Positions 41,119 through 51,091 of a DNA stretch of 64,000 nt are shown here, in pieces. The stretch is taken from positions 47,323 through 111,322 of the forward strand of contig JANOXC010000103.1 of NCBI GenBank assembly GCA_031418215.1. The letters are read 5' to 3'. Made by a program: the position numbers and the translations under genes. This stretch comes from Bacteroidota bacterium. Its GTDB lineage: Bacteria > Bacteroidota > Bacteroidia > AKYH767-A > OLB10. Each line of letters starts with the position of its first letter. Positions within the stretch are counted from its first letter, which is position 1. Under the pieces are notes generated by a model, which made no database searches, was not told where the DNA came from, and saw nothing but the letters and a program-made list of their open reading frames with translations.

Positions 41119-42354
41119 TTAAAGCACATGATGAAGACTTTCTTCCATCATTGGATGGTTCTTAATAACCAGCGGCGCTTTTGATAAATGATGTTGTACC
41201 ATATACATAAACAATCCAAGGAATCCTATCGTTGTACCAATCTCCATCCATCCAACAGTTCCAATTAACGGATGGCCTTCATGTGAATGCAATGCCATAC
41301 TTCCAGGAATTACCATGATGTAGGTATCCATCCAGTGACCAATAAACAACAATACCGACATTGACATCAATAACTTTATCTTCCGTTTTGCATCGCGTGT
41401 CATTAAAATAATAAATGGACAGATAAAGTTGATTAAAAACGCTGCTATCCACATCGTGCGATAGTGATCCTGACGTAACATGAAATAGGTAATTTCTTCA
41501 GGAATGTTGGCATACCAGATCAACATGAATTGAGCAAACCAGAGGTAGGTCCAGAAGATGCTGAATGCAAACATAAATTTGCCAATATCCTGAATATGAT
41601 TTTCTGTTACTTCTGGCAAATAGCCTTTTGACTTTAAAAAGCCTACGGTGAATGCGAGTATTGAAAGACAGGTAATAAACATCCCTGCAAAAGTATACCA
41701 GCCAAACAAAGTGCTGAACCAATGTGTTTCAATCGACATTACAAAATCCCATGACATGGTAGAAGAAGTAATGGCGAACAACACAAGGAATGCTGCAGCA
41801 AAACGTTTATTTGCATTGTAAGAATCAACAGCGCTTCCCAATTCTGCATCCATCTTTAAGGAGTTCTTGCGGAAGATAAAAGCAAATCCGCACCAAATTA
41901 TAAAATACGCAACCAAACGAATCCAAAAAAATGGAACATTTAAAAATCCTGATTTTCCTGCAATAATAGCATCATACTCCGGTGATTTAGGATCTGTAAT
42001 TTCCGGATTCATCCAGTGATACAAATGATGCCCGCCAAAAAACACAATCAGCACCATAATTGCTCCTGCAACAAATAAATACTGGCTCATGGCTTCCAAC
42101 ACTCGCTTGATAACGGCGCTCCATCCTACTTCAGCTACGTATTGAATAGCAAGAAAAAAAGTTGCTCCCAAAGCCATTAACATGAAATAATAATTATTCA
42201 TCAGCAGATTCGGCCACGTCTGATTATAATGTGTAGCGAACTGTGCGACCACAGCCACCAGCCCGATAATTATCATGATGCCGGCAATCATCCTGCTACG
42301 TGTTTTGAACTCGTAGGGCTGAGTACTTGTTACTTCTTTATGTTGATGATTCAT
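41119..42354 (-). CDS. actF: Alternative Complex III subunit ActF (quinol:cytochrome c oxidoreductase membrane subunit)
   Basis: It is a polytopic NrfD-like membrane protein (411 aa) in the canonical position after ActE. Confidence 0.8.
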   Translation of the reverse strand: MNHQHKEVTSTQPYEFKTRSRMIAGIMIIIGLVAVVAQFATHYNQTWPNLLMNNYYFMLMALGATFFLAIQYVAEVGWSAVIKRVLEAMSQYLFVAGAIMVLIVFFGGHHLYHWMNPEITDPKSPEYDAIIAGKSGFLNVPFFWIRLVAYFIIWCGFAFIFRKNSLKMDAELGSAVDSYNANKRFAAAFLVLFAITSSTMSWDFVMSIETHWFSTLFGWYTFAGMFITCLSILAFTVGFLKSKGYLPEVTENHIQDIGKFMFAFSIFWTYLWFAQFMLIWYANIPEEITYFMLRQDHYRTMWIAAFLINFICPFIILMTRDAKRKIKLLMSMSVLLFIGHWMDTYIMVIPGSMALHSHEGHPLIGTVGWMEIGTTIGFLGLFMYMVQHHLSKAPLVIKNHPMMEESLHHVL

Positions 42355-42406
42355 CTTAATGGTGTATTCCGTTTTATATATAAATCCCGGCTTTTGCCTA
42401 ATGCAA

Positions 42407-43039
42407 TTATTTTGAAGCTGTTACTGTAGAATCCTTGGTCGCTGACGCATTATCAACTGGTGCAGCTCCTTTCATAATGCTACGCACGAACATTATAATT
42501 TTCCATCTTTCTGTTGGATTTATTTGTGATGCATGTGAACCCATCAGGTTGATTCCATAAGTAATCGTATGAAATATTTTCCCATCGGTAAGATCTTTCA
42601 TATCTCCTCCACGAGAGGATTTTCCTGTGGTGTAAGATGGAGGCGCGGGAAACTTTCCGGTTGCAATTAGTGAGCCATCAGCTAGTCCGCCTTCCCCATG
42701 GCAATGCATGCAGAAAATATCATACAATCTTTTTCCTTCCTCAAGATTTTCCTTAGTCTCAGGAAATAAATTCTTCATGTCTTTTCCGGCTGCTTCATAA
42801 CCTTCATTGGATGCAGGATAAGGGAAAAAGGCATACCCTCTTGGCAATGTGCCGACAACGGGATGTTGCATGGTAAGGCTGTCTTTAAAATTTGGGTTAC
42901 CGGAATATACTTCATAGGAAGAAGAACGATACATGTCGGGCATGTATTCGAGACCCGGTTGTTTTGGGTCTTTGCCACAGGATGCAATAACAATTATCAT
43001 TGCAACGGCAGCAAAGGCTATATATATTCTTTTATTCAT
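42407..43039 (-). CDS. actE: ACIII monoheme cytochrome c subunit ActE (lipoprotein)
   Basis: It has a lipoprotein-like signal (ASCGKD) and a single CMHCHG heme motif. The protein is 210 aa. Confidence 0.8.
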   Translation of the reverse strand: MNKRIYIAFAAVAMIIVIASCGKDPKQPGLEYMPDMYRSSSYEVYSGNPNFKDSLTMQHPVVGTLPRGYAFFPYPASNEGYEAAGKDMKNLFPETKENLEEGKRLYDIFCMHCHGEGGLADGSLIATGKFPAPPSYTTGKSSRGGDMKDLTDGKIFHTITYGINLMGSHASQINPTERWKIIMFVRSIMKGAAPVDNASATKDSTVTASK

Positions 43040-43094
43040 ACTATTCTAATATATATTTTAAATTAATGTATCTGAGCGGGCAGCATTATTGTAT

Positions 43095-43619
43095 TTATCC
43101 TTTTGTTTCTACAGCACCTGCCTGCATAAACATTCCTTTAATAGCTTCTGATGATTGTCCTTCTTTTACCTGAACAGTCATCACAAAATGATCATCAGCC
43201 TGACGCGGATCCAGTATAACAGGCTCCACACCGGGCAATAGTTTACTACGCAAGTAGAATGTAATTACCATTCCATGCGCAGCACAAAGCACAGTACTTT
43301 CAAATATGATGGGTACGTATGCAGGAAGATTTTTATAGAAAGCAAAAGATGGCTTTCCACCTATATCCATTGGCCAGTCGAAGATGTTCATGTACCAGAT
43401 CATCAGCATCGCCAGACAGCTGCCTGTCATTCCATAAATGAAACAGCAAATGGAAATACGTGTGCGTTTCAATCCAAGCACTTCATCGATACCATGAATA
43501 GGAAATGGAGAAACAACATCTTTTACATTCAATCCCTGGGCACGTAACTGAGGGATAGCATTTAACACCATTTCATCATCATTAAAGATGCCATATATAA
43601 ATTTCTTAGCAGCGCTCAT
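43095..43619 (-). CDS. actD: ACIII subunit ActD (DUF3341)
   Basis: 174 aa with a TM segment. Synteny with actC/actE supports the call. It overlaps actC by 4 bp. Confidence 0.75.
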   Translation of the reverse strand: MSAAKKFIYGIFNDDEMVLNAIPQLRAQGLNVKDVVSPFPIHGIDEVLGLKRTRISICCFIYGMTGSCLAMLMIWYMNIFDWPMDIGGKPSFAFYKNLPAYVPIIFESTVLCAAHGMVITFYLRSKLLPGVEPVILDPRQADDHFVMTVQVKEGQSSEAIKGMFMQAGAVETKG

Positions 43620-45013
43620 GAATGTACCTCCTTGCTTTTTAATACTTGTGCTTTTTTGGATTTTTCACCAGATGATTTAATGATTGTTTTTAACTCGCTC
43701 ATTGCAATTACCGGGAAGAATCGGGTAAACAACAGGAAGCAGGTGAAGAACAGTCCCAGTGAACCAATAAAAATTCCGATCTCGACCCATGTAGGGTGAT
43801 ACATCGTCCAACTGGAAGGAATATAATCACGGTGAAGTGAAGTAACGATAATTACAAATCGTTCGAACCACATACCGACGTTTACAAAAATACTAATGAT
43901 AAATGTGGCGAAAATACTTTCACGTAAACGCTTACTCCAGAATAACTGCGGTGTAATAACGTTGCAGGTCATCATACTCCAGTATGCCCACCAGTAAGGA
44001 CCGGTAGCACGATTGATAAATGCATATTGTTCATATTCCACTCCTGAATACCAGGCTATGAAAAATTCAGTAATGTAGGCAACACCTACAATAGAACCGG
44101 TGATAAGGATTACGCGGTTCATCATATCAATATGATAAACTGTTATGTATTCTTCCAGACCTAACACTTTACGAGTAATGATTAACAATGTTTGAACCAT
44201 TGCAAAACCTGAAAAGATGGCACCGGCCACAAAGTATGGAGGGAAGATAGTTGTATGCCAACCCGGAACAACCGACGTGGCAAAGTCCATTGATACTACT
44301 GAGTGAACTGAAAGTACAAGTGGTGTGGAAATTCCTGCAAGCACTAATGATACCTCTTCAAATCGCTGCCAGTTCTTTGCTGTTCCTGTCCAGCCGAAGC
44401 TCAAGATTGTATACCAGAATTTTCTTGCCTTTGTTTTTGCACGATCACGTACAACAGCAAAATCAGGAATTAAACCGGTATACCAGAAAACCAATGATAC
44501 AGAAAAGTAAGTAGAGATTGCAAATACATCCCACACAAGGGGAGAGTTAAAGTTTACCCATAATGAACCAAACTGGTTGGCTAATGGCAACGGCCAATAT
44601 GCTACCCATGGACGACCCATGTGTGCTACAATAAAAGATGCTGCACATATTACGGCAAAGATGGTCATCGCCTCTGCTGAACGATTGATGGATAAGCGCC
44701 ATTTCTGACGAAATAATAATAGAATCGCTGAGATAAGCGTTCCGGCATGACCAATACCCACCCACCAAACGAAGTTGGTAATATCCCATGCCCAGCCTAC
44801 CGTTTTATTGAGACCCCAAACACCAAGGCCCGTGCCTACGGTATAGGATACAACAATGAGCCACCAAATAAATGCGGCTAATGAAAAGCTAAATGCAAGC
44901 CACCACCATTTATTAGCCTTGCCCTCAATAGGCCTGCATACATCTTCTGTGATGCTGTGCCATGTTTTATCACCCAAAATTAATGGCGGGCGTAGATTTG
45001 ATTCTTTTTGCAT
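43616..45013 (-). CDS. actC: ACIII subunit ActC (NrfD/PsrC-like quinol-interacting membrane subunit)
   Basis: It is a 465-aa polytopic membrane protein of the polysulfide-reductase NrfD family type. Confidence 0.85.
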   Translation of the reverse strand: MQKESNLRPPLILGDKTWHSITEDVCRPIEGKANKWWWLAFSFSLAAFIWWLIVVSYTVGTGLGVWGLNKTVGWAWDITNFVWWVGIGHAGTLISAILLLFRQKWRLSINRSAEAMTIFAVICAASFIVAHMGRPWVAYWPLPLANQFGSLWVNFNSPLVWDVFAISTYFSVSLVFWYTGLIPDFAVVRDRAKTKARKFWYTILSFGWTGTAKNWQRFEEVSLVLAGISTPLVLSVHSVVSMDFATSVVPGWHTTIFPPYFVAGAIFSGFAMVQTLLIITRKVLGLEEYITVYHIDMMNRVILITGSIVGVAYITEFFIAWYSGVEYEQYAFINRATGPYWWAYWSMMTCNVITPQLFWSKRLRESIFATFIISIFVNVGMWFERFVIIVTSLHRDYIPSSWTMYHPTWVEIGIFIGSLGLFFTCFLLFTRFFPVIAMSELKTIIKSSGEKSKKAQVLKSKEVHS

Positions 45014-45063
45014 AGATGAATAAAATTTCTTGTTAGTTGCCTCTTAATTGCTAATATATATAA

Positions 45064-48000
45064 TCAGGCTTCTTTTTTCTCTGATACTTTATTACGAACC
45101 TTGGTGTGATAATAAACTGATGGCTGTGTATCCAGCTCTTCCAATAAACTGTAAGAACGAGGATCGGCATTTGCTTTCACTATCTCACTTTCTTTATCCA
45201 AAGAATCACCAAAGATGATTGCATTGGTAGGGCATGATTGTGCACATGCTGTTTTTATCTCTCCGTCAATTGGTCGACGTCCTGCTTTCTTGGCATCAAG
45301 CTTACCATATTGAATACGTTGAATACACATCGTGCATTTTTCCATTACACCACGTGAGCGAACAACGACATCTGGATTCAACACCATCTTGCCTAAGTTG
45401 TCATACTGGTTATAAGGGAACTGCTCATTCTCGTTGTAGCGGAACCAATTAAATCTTCTTACTTTATATGGACAGTTATTCGCACAATATCTGGTACCTA
45501 CACAACGGTTGTAAGCCATCATGTTTAATCCTTCCATACTATGTGTTGTTGCTACAACTGGACAAACCGTTTCACAAGGTGCATGATTACAATGTTGACA
45601 CATAACCGGCTGAAACACCACCTCCGGGTTATCGGCTGCCGGCTTCTCCATCTCGGCATACATACTTAATTTGCCTAATTTTTTTGCTTCAGCATTCTCT
45701 TTAGTCGTATCGCTGCTGTAATAACGATCGATACGGATCCAATGCATCTCGCGGCTGCGGCCAATTTCATCTTTACCAACAACAGGAACATTATTTTCCG
45801 CAGTACAAGCAACCACACAAGCGCCACATCCAATACATGCATTCAAATCAATGGACATGTTCCAGAAGTGATTTGTTTTGGGGTGACCGGGATTTTTTTC
45901 CGTAGCCCACAAGTCCAACTCACCAGGTTTCTTCTTACCATAAGGAGAAGCTATTGTTAATTGGGCATTACCTGAATTTGGTTTTACTAACCACTCAGCT
46001 AATGTTGTCTCCTTTACAATTTCGCGACCCATCATGGTATGGTGCGTCTGCGTTGTTGCAAGTTCATATAAATCATCCGGAGTCTTTGTTACACTTACAC
46101 CGGTTGCATAATATTTCATCGCTCCATTCTCAACGCTAACGAATGGATAAACGTTAACTCCAACATTGTTGCCAGCTTTACCAACCTTTGTTCTTCCATA
46201 TCCTAAGGCTATGGCTAAAGTTTCATCCGTCATTCCGGGTTGCAGCAATACAGGGCCTTTTATTTTAAAGTCTCCTGCCTTCACTTCAATTACTGTTCCC
46301 TGAACGTAACCCATCTTCTTTGCATATGCAGGTAATACAGCAAAGTAATTATCCCAACACACTTTTGAAACCGGATCCGGTAATTCCTGCAACCATGGAT
46401 TATTAGCCTGGTTACCATCACCCAATCCTGTTTTTGTATACAATACTAATTCAACACCAGGTTTTGGTTGTTGTGTTTTTGCAGCAGCATCTTGAATATT
46501 GCCTGTGAATGCCACAACAGCACCGGCATTAACATTTATTTCAAATATTCCGTCCTGTAAAGATTTATTCCAAAAAGCTTCAAATGAACTCATACCAGAC
46601 TGCTGAGAAAACATATTTGCTTTCCAATACTCTTCTATATATGTATGGAAATCCGTATTTGCAGCTTCAGCCCAAGTTAATAGACTTGATTGTGCTTGTC
46701 TTGTATCAAACAAATTCTCAATAGTTGGTTGGCCGAGGCTAAAAACACCTTTTATGGGTTCAGCATCACTCCATGACTCCAGATAATGAGAATCAGGACA
46801 GATATAATCACAAACGGCGGAAGTTTCGTCCTCGCGATCAGCAAAAGAAATTTTTACGCCTGCTTTATTAATTGCTGCTTGCAATGCAGGCATGCTATAT
46901 CCGGGGTTTGCATTATATATAATCACAGCTCCCACTTCACCGTTGTTTAGTTCAGTGATAAGTGAAGCAACTGCTTCATCGTTACTTGCACGTATTAAAT
47001 AGGGCTGATCAGCATTGATGGTGTTACCATAGCTTCCCAACATACTGTTAATAGCATTCACAAGCACTTGCTCATTGGGATCATTAGATCCGGAAACAAC
47101 AAGAGCCTTTCCTTTTGCATTCCATAATTCCTGTGCTACGGAGTCAATTGTTTTATCGGCTGGAATGGATGGTGCATTTACTGCTACTCCTCCTGACAAT
47201 GATGCAATCTTATTATATAAGGCAGCCACTGCAGCACTCTGTTCACTTGCACGAATCTTGTAGCGGTTGTCGGCATTTGATCCGGTTAAAGAAAGCATGG
47301 TTTCAAACTGAATATGTCTTGACATATTTTTCTTGCCCCCACGCAGTTTCCTTGTAGCTGCATACTGACGTGAAATTTCAATTGGCGACAACCAATTCAC
47401 GAGGAAGTCAGCACCGAAGCTTACAATTACATCTGCCTTATCAAAGCGGTATCCCGGAATTGAAAACTTTCCAAATGACAATTCATTTCCTTTTAATAAG
47501 CCGTAACTTGAAACAGCATCATACACCACTTGTTTGGTAGTAGGGTATTTAGCAGTAAAATCAGTCATCACCTTTTTAGTAGAAGGACTGCTAACAGAAG
47601 AAGAGAGAATAACAATCTTTTTTCCCGATGCACTTACTTCAGCTAATTTCTTTTTTATTTCACCATCGACAGAAGCCCATGTTGATACTTTTTTATTGGC
47701 TAACGGACCTTTTAAACGTGCACTGTCATATAATCCCAAAACAGAAGCCTGCACCCGTGCACTCGTTCCACCTTTTGAAAATGAAGATAATTCATTGCCT
47801 TCGATTTTAATTGGGCGACCTTCACGTGTCTTTACAAGCACACTGCAATAATCACTGCCGTCAAAATAGGTAGAAGCATAATAATTAGGAACCCCTAATG
47901 TTAACTCCTCAGGCTTTATTACATAAGGAATTGCCTTTTTAACAGGGGCCTGACAAGCTGCTAAGGAAGCGGCTGCTACACTGAATCCCATGAATTTCAA

Positions 48001-48153
48001 AAAGTCTCTTCTTGAGGTGTTATCTGTTGAAGATGCTTTATTACTCATCACTTCATCAACAGGAAGGTGCTCAAAAAATTCATTGTTCTTCAAACGAACG
48101 AATTCCGCATCGTTTTGCAGTTCTTCAACACCTTTCCAATATTGTTTTTCCAT
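45064..48153 (-). CDS. actB: ACIII subunit ActB (fused molybdopterin-oxidoreductase-like B1 plus 4Fe-4S ferredoxin B2; Tat signal)
   Basis: The Tat motif is RRDFLKFMGFSVAAASLAAC. It has a large MopB-like domain. The C-terminal region has several CxxCxxCxxxCP iron-sulfur clusters. Confidence 0.9.
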   Translation of the reverse strand: MEKQYWKGVEELQNDAEFVRLKNNEFFEHLPVDEVMSNKASSTDNTSRRDFLKFMGFSVAAASLAACQAPVKKAIPYVIKPEELTLGVPNYYASTYFDGSDYCSVLVKTREGRPIKIEGNELSSFSKGGTSARVQASVLGLYDSARLKGPLANKKVSTWASVDGEIKKKLAEVSASGKKIVILSSSVSSPSTKKVMTDFTAKYPTTKQVVYDAVSSYGLLKGNELSFGKFSIPGYRFDKADVIVSFGADFLVNWLSPIEISRQYAATRKLRGGKKNMSRHIQFETMLSLTGSNADNRYKIRASEQSAAVAALYNKIASLSGGVAVNAPSIPADKTIDSVAQELWNAKGKALVVSGSNDPNEQVLVNAINSMLGSYGNTINADQPYLIRASNDEAVASLITELNNGEVGAVIIYNANPGYSMPALQAAINKAGVKISFADREDETSAVCDYICPDSHYLESWSDAEPIKGVFSLGQPTIENLFDTRQAQSSLLTWAEAANTDFHTYIEEYWKANMFSQQSGMSSFEAFWNKSLQDGIFEINVNAGAVVAFTGNIQDAAAKTQQPKPGVELVLYTKTGLGDGNQANNPWLQELPDPVSKVCWDNYFAVLPAYAKKMGYVQGTVIEVKAGDFKIKGPVLLQPGMTDETLAIALGYGRTKVGKAGNNVGVNVYPFVSVENGAMKYYATGVSVTKTPDDLYELATTQTHHTMMGREIVKETTLAEWLVKPNSGNAQLTIASPYGKKKPGELDLWATEKNPGHPKTNHFWNMSIDLNACIGCGACVVACTAENNVPVVGKDEIGRSREMHWIRIDRYYSSDTTKENAEAKKLGKLSMYAEMEKPAADNPEVVFQPVMCQHCNHAPCETVCPVVATTHSMEGLNMMAYNRCVGTRYCANNCPYKVRRFNWFRYNENEQFPYNQYDNLGKMVLNPDVVVRSRGVMEKCTMCIQRIQYGKLDAKKAGRRPIDGEIKTACAQSCPTNAIIFGDSLDKESEIVKANADPRSYSLLEELDTQPSVYYHTKVRNKVSEKKEA

Positions 48154-48260
48154 AGCTTAGTTATTGGTTATTGGGCTAAAACGTACATTTATAAATGCAC
48201 TCAAACTATCCCAATTCTTTTTATTTTCCTGATAACTTAATTATCTAATTACTGAATTAT

Positions 48261-49496
48261 TTAATAATGGCAACGCGCACATTCTAACCCACCAATTTTA
48301 TCGACGGTTATTTTTGCATCCTTACCATATTGCTTTTTCATATCCTCATGAAGCGCTGTGTAATATCCATTGCCTTCCATTTTTACTTCTGTATCACGGT
48401 GACACTGGATGCACCATCCCATATTTAAAGGAGAGAACTGCTTAACTACCTCCATTTCCTGAACAGGGCCATGACAGGTTTGGCATTCAATCTTGCCTAC
48501 TACTACATGCTGAGAGTGGTTGAAGTATGCCAAATCTGGCAGATTATGAATACGTACCCACTGAATAGCTTTTCCGGGACCGGTATATTGTGCCTTTGAC
48601 GCATCCCATCCAACTGCATCATATATTTTTTGAATTTCTTCTTTCCCATATTGCGCCCCGGTCTGAACATATTTATGACAATTCATGCAGACATTTGGAG
48701 AAGGTATTCCGGCGTTTTTACTTTTCTCTGCTCCTGAGTGGCAGTATTTGCAATTGATGCCATTGGTCCCGGCATGCATAGCATGTGAAAATTTAATAGG
48801 CTGATCAGGTTGATAATTTAGTTCCTGACCTATTCCGGCCAAAGCATACCATCCCTTGTAACTGCTTACTACAGCACCCACAATTAAAAATACAGCTATT
48901 AATTTTTTGTGTTCGCGAATCCAGTGCTTGGTTCCCGCTTTGCCTTTCAAAACAACCGGTTCTGGCGTCCCTTCATTCTGACGAACTACTCTTTCAAGGC
49001 TTTTCTTTACCCTATTTAATATAGCGTAAATTCCAATCAACGCAATTACAACGATAACCAGCATCCAAGGAAAGCCTTCATCTTCCCCGGAAGCAGCTCC
49101 GGCAACTGGTGCGGCAGTTGTTGCTACTGCAGGCGCCTTATCATTTTCTGCTTTAACATAGGCCAAAACGGCTTTGATTTCCTCATCATTTAATGCCTGA
49201 GATGGCATCACCACTTTGTTGTTTTCCTCAAAAAGTTTCACAGCAGTGGCTTCGCCGCTTTTAATTACAGCCTGCGAATTCTTTATCCAAGGAAGAAGCC
49301 ATGCGAGGGTGCGTCTTTTCTCAACATCCTTTAACCCGGGGCCAATTACTTTACTGTCGCTTGTTGCATGACAGGAAGCACAATTGTTTTGGAACAGGAC
49401 TTTACCATCAGGCTGTGCTGATATGGGTTGGGAAGAAAACAAGAATAAAAACCCAATAAGGGCGATACAGCATTTACCGGTAATCTTGTGAATCAT
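48261..49496 (-). CDS. actA: ACIII multiheme cytochrome c subunit ActA with an additional N-terminal monoheme class-I cytochrome c domain (6 CXXCH in total)
   Basis: The CXXCH motifs are CASCH, CKYCH, CMNCH, CQTCH, CIQCH and CARCH. There are two internal TM helices. The start was trimmed to the Met that gives a signal peptide (MIHKITGKCCIALIGFLFLFSS). Confidence 0.85.
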   Translation of the reverse strand: MIHKITGKCCIALIGFLFLFSSQPISAQPDGKVLFQNNCASCHATSDSKVIGPGLKDVEKRRTLAWLLPWIKNSQAVIKSGEATAVKLFEENNKVVMPSQALNDEEIKAVLAYVKAENDKAPAVATTAAPVAGAASGEDEGFPWMLVIVVIALIGIYAILNRVKKSLERVVRQNEGTPEPVVLKGKAGTKHWIREHKKLIAVFLIVGAVVSSYKGWYALAGIGQELNYQPDQPIKFSHAMHAGTNGINCKYCHSGAEKSKNAGIPSPNVCMNCHKYVQTGAQYGKEEIQKIYDAVGWDASKAQYTGPGKAIQWVRIHNLPDLAYFNHSQHVVVGKIECQTCHGPVQEMEVVKQFSPLNMGWCIQCHRDTEVKMEGNGYYTALHEDMKKQYGKDAKITVDKIGGLECARCHY

Positions 49497-49829
49497 AGTT
49501 ACATGATTAATAGTTAAGCGTTTACGGAAGATTTTTACCAATTCCTGACAATTATCCCGCAAAAGTGTGGGCAAATTTAACAGAAACAACAGGAAAGCAA
49601 ATTTTTATGGGGGATATTTTTACACGTTTTTCCACTTATTTTTAGTTCAGGCTTAAGTTAATTGGAATCAACTACTAAAAAAATTAAAAATGAAGAATCA
49701 AAATTTTTTTAAAATGCCGAAGATCGATTTTGAAAGCAAATGAATAATAGAAGACGTTGAAGTATGCTTCCGTTTTATTTTCTACAACAAAATACATTTC
49801 TATTGTTTTACCAATACTTTTGCATTGAA

Positions 49830-50216
49830 ATGATGCTACGATTTTCAATTGTATTTATTTGCTTATTCAATTCTGCGATTTTATTTGGTCAGTCTTTTAA
49901 GTCACAAGACAGCTTGGTGAACCAATTGATAGAGCGCCAAAAAGCAATCAATGCACAAAAGATGACAATGTCGGGTTACCGTATTCAACTTTTTTTTGGT
50001 GGCGACCGGGCAAGGGCAAATAATATGCGTCTGGACTTTTTACAACAATATCCTGATTTGGGCGCCTATGTGATTTATCAACAGCCCAATTTCAAACTCC
50101 GCATTGGTGATTTTAAATCCAGAATGGAAGCTGCTACATTTTTGAAAGAAATGCAGCCTGGTTATTCAATGGCCTTTATTGTGCCTGATGAGGTGAAGTT
50201 GCCAGTTATCGAATAA
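49830..50216 (+). CDS. SPOR-like domain protein (small, secreted/anchored)
   Basis: The N-terminal hydrophobic segment is followed by a region resembling the C-terminal SPOR fold (GYRIQLFFGGDRARANNMRLDFLQQYPDLGAYV...FKLRIGDF). The start was trimmed to the internal Met. Confidence 0.5.
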   Translation: MMLRFSIVFICLFNSAILFGQSFKSQDSLVNQLIERQKAINAQKMTMSGYRIQLFFGGDRARANNMRLDFLQQYPDLGAYVIYQQPNFKLRIGDFKSRMEAATFLKEMQPGYSMAFIVPDEVKLPVIE

Positions 50217-50250
50217 CAGAAAAATCAGCGCTTTTGGTATAAACTTTATG

Positions 50251-50391
50251 TTTGAGTTGGTTTGAGTTGGTTTGAATTGGTTTGAATTAGTTTGAGTTGG
50301 TTTAGATAAGTTAATATCAAACCTTTTATTTTTAGCGAAACCAGAAACCAGAAACCAGAAACTAGAAACTAGAAACTAGAAACTAGAAACC
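50251..50391. repeat. two adjacent microsatellite arrays: (GTTTGAGTTG)x~5.5 at 50251-50305 and (GAAACCA)x3 plus (GAAACTA)x4 at 50337-50391, separated by 31 bp. They end 12 bp before the DUF1211 start codon.
   Basis: Seen directly in the sequence. The unit cores are partially reverse-complementary (GGTTTG vs CAAACC). Confidence 0.8.
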
Positions 50392-50402
50392 TTTTCCAAA
50401 CC

Positions 50403-51091
50403 ATGGAAGACGAAAAACCATATTTAATGGAAGAAATCCGTAAAGAATTCCAATTGGAACGCATGGTGCTTTTTAGTGATGCCGTTTCCGCCATTGTAAT
50501 CACTTTGATGGCCATAGAAATACACTTGCCTCAATTTTCTGAGAAAATGACTGAGGCTGTATTAGTTCATGAGCTGAAGCTTTTATTGCCTGTTTTTTTG
50601 CATACCTGGTAAGCTTCGTTTTCATCGGACAATCCTGGTATCGGCATTTGAAATTCTTCAGCCTATTAAAAGATTACGACAAAGGTTTGGTCGTCCGAAA
50701 CCTGGTGATGTTGTTTTTTATTGGATTATTCCCTTTCGGTGCATCACTGGTTTCCCAAAGCGGAGGGCTTACAACACCCATCTATATTTATTTTGGCATC
50801 ATATTCTGCTGCACAACAGCCCAGTATGTATTAAATTACTACATTGTTTATCAGCGTCCACATTTGTGCCGGATCACCAATACCAAAGAGGAAAAAGAAT
50901 CACTGAAAAAAAGCAGGGATTTCCTGATTGGATTAATGGCAATAATGTTGTTGATCTTTATTACTAATGAGGTTATTACAGACCCCGATCTCAAGCCACT
51001 TTCCGCAATTTGGGCATTGGTGTTTTTGGCGATAAGAAAGCTATCTTCAATGAAGAAAAGTGCCAGAAAAGCTACTCCTAAATCAAAATAA
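50403..51091 (+). pseudogene. DUF1211 (TMEM175-like) membrane protein gene interrupted by a +1 frameshift in a T7 homopolymer (50593-50599)
   Basis: ORF 50403-50612 ends 'LLPVFLHTW*'. Reading the +1 frame from the T-tract gives 'AYLVSFVFIGQSWYRHLKFFSLLKDYDKG', which continues into ORF 50648-51091. Together the two segments form one DUF1211-type protein of about 229 aa. Confidence 0.65.

Noticed and set aside
50251-50391. The two microsatellite arrays as a single perfect hairpin
   Set aside because: The unit lengths differ (10 bp vs 7 bp) and only the 6-nt cores are complementary, so perfect pairing is not supported.
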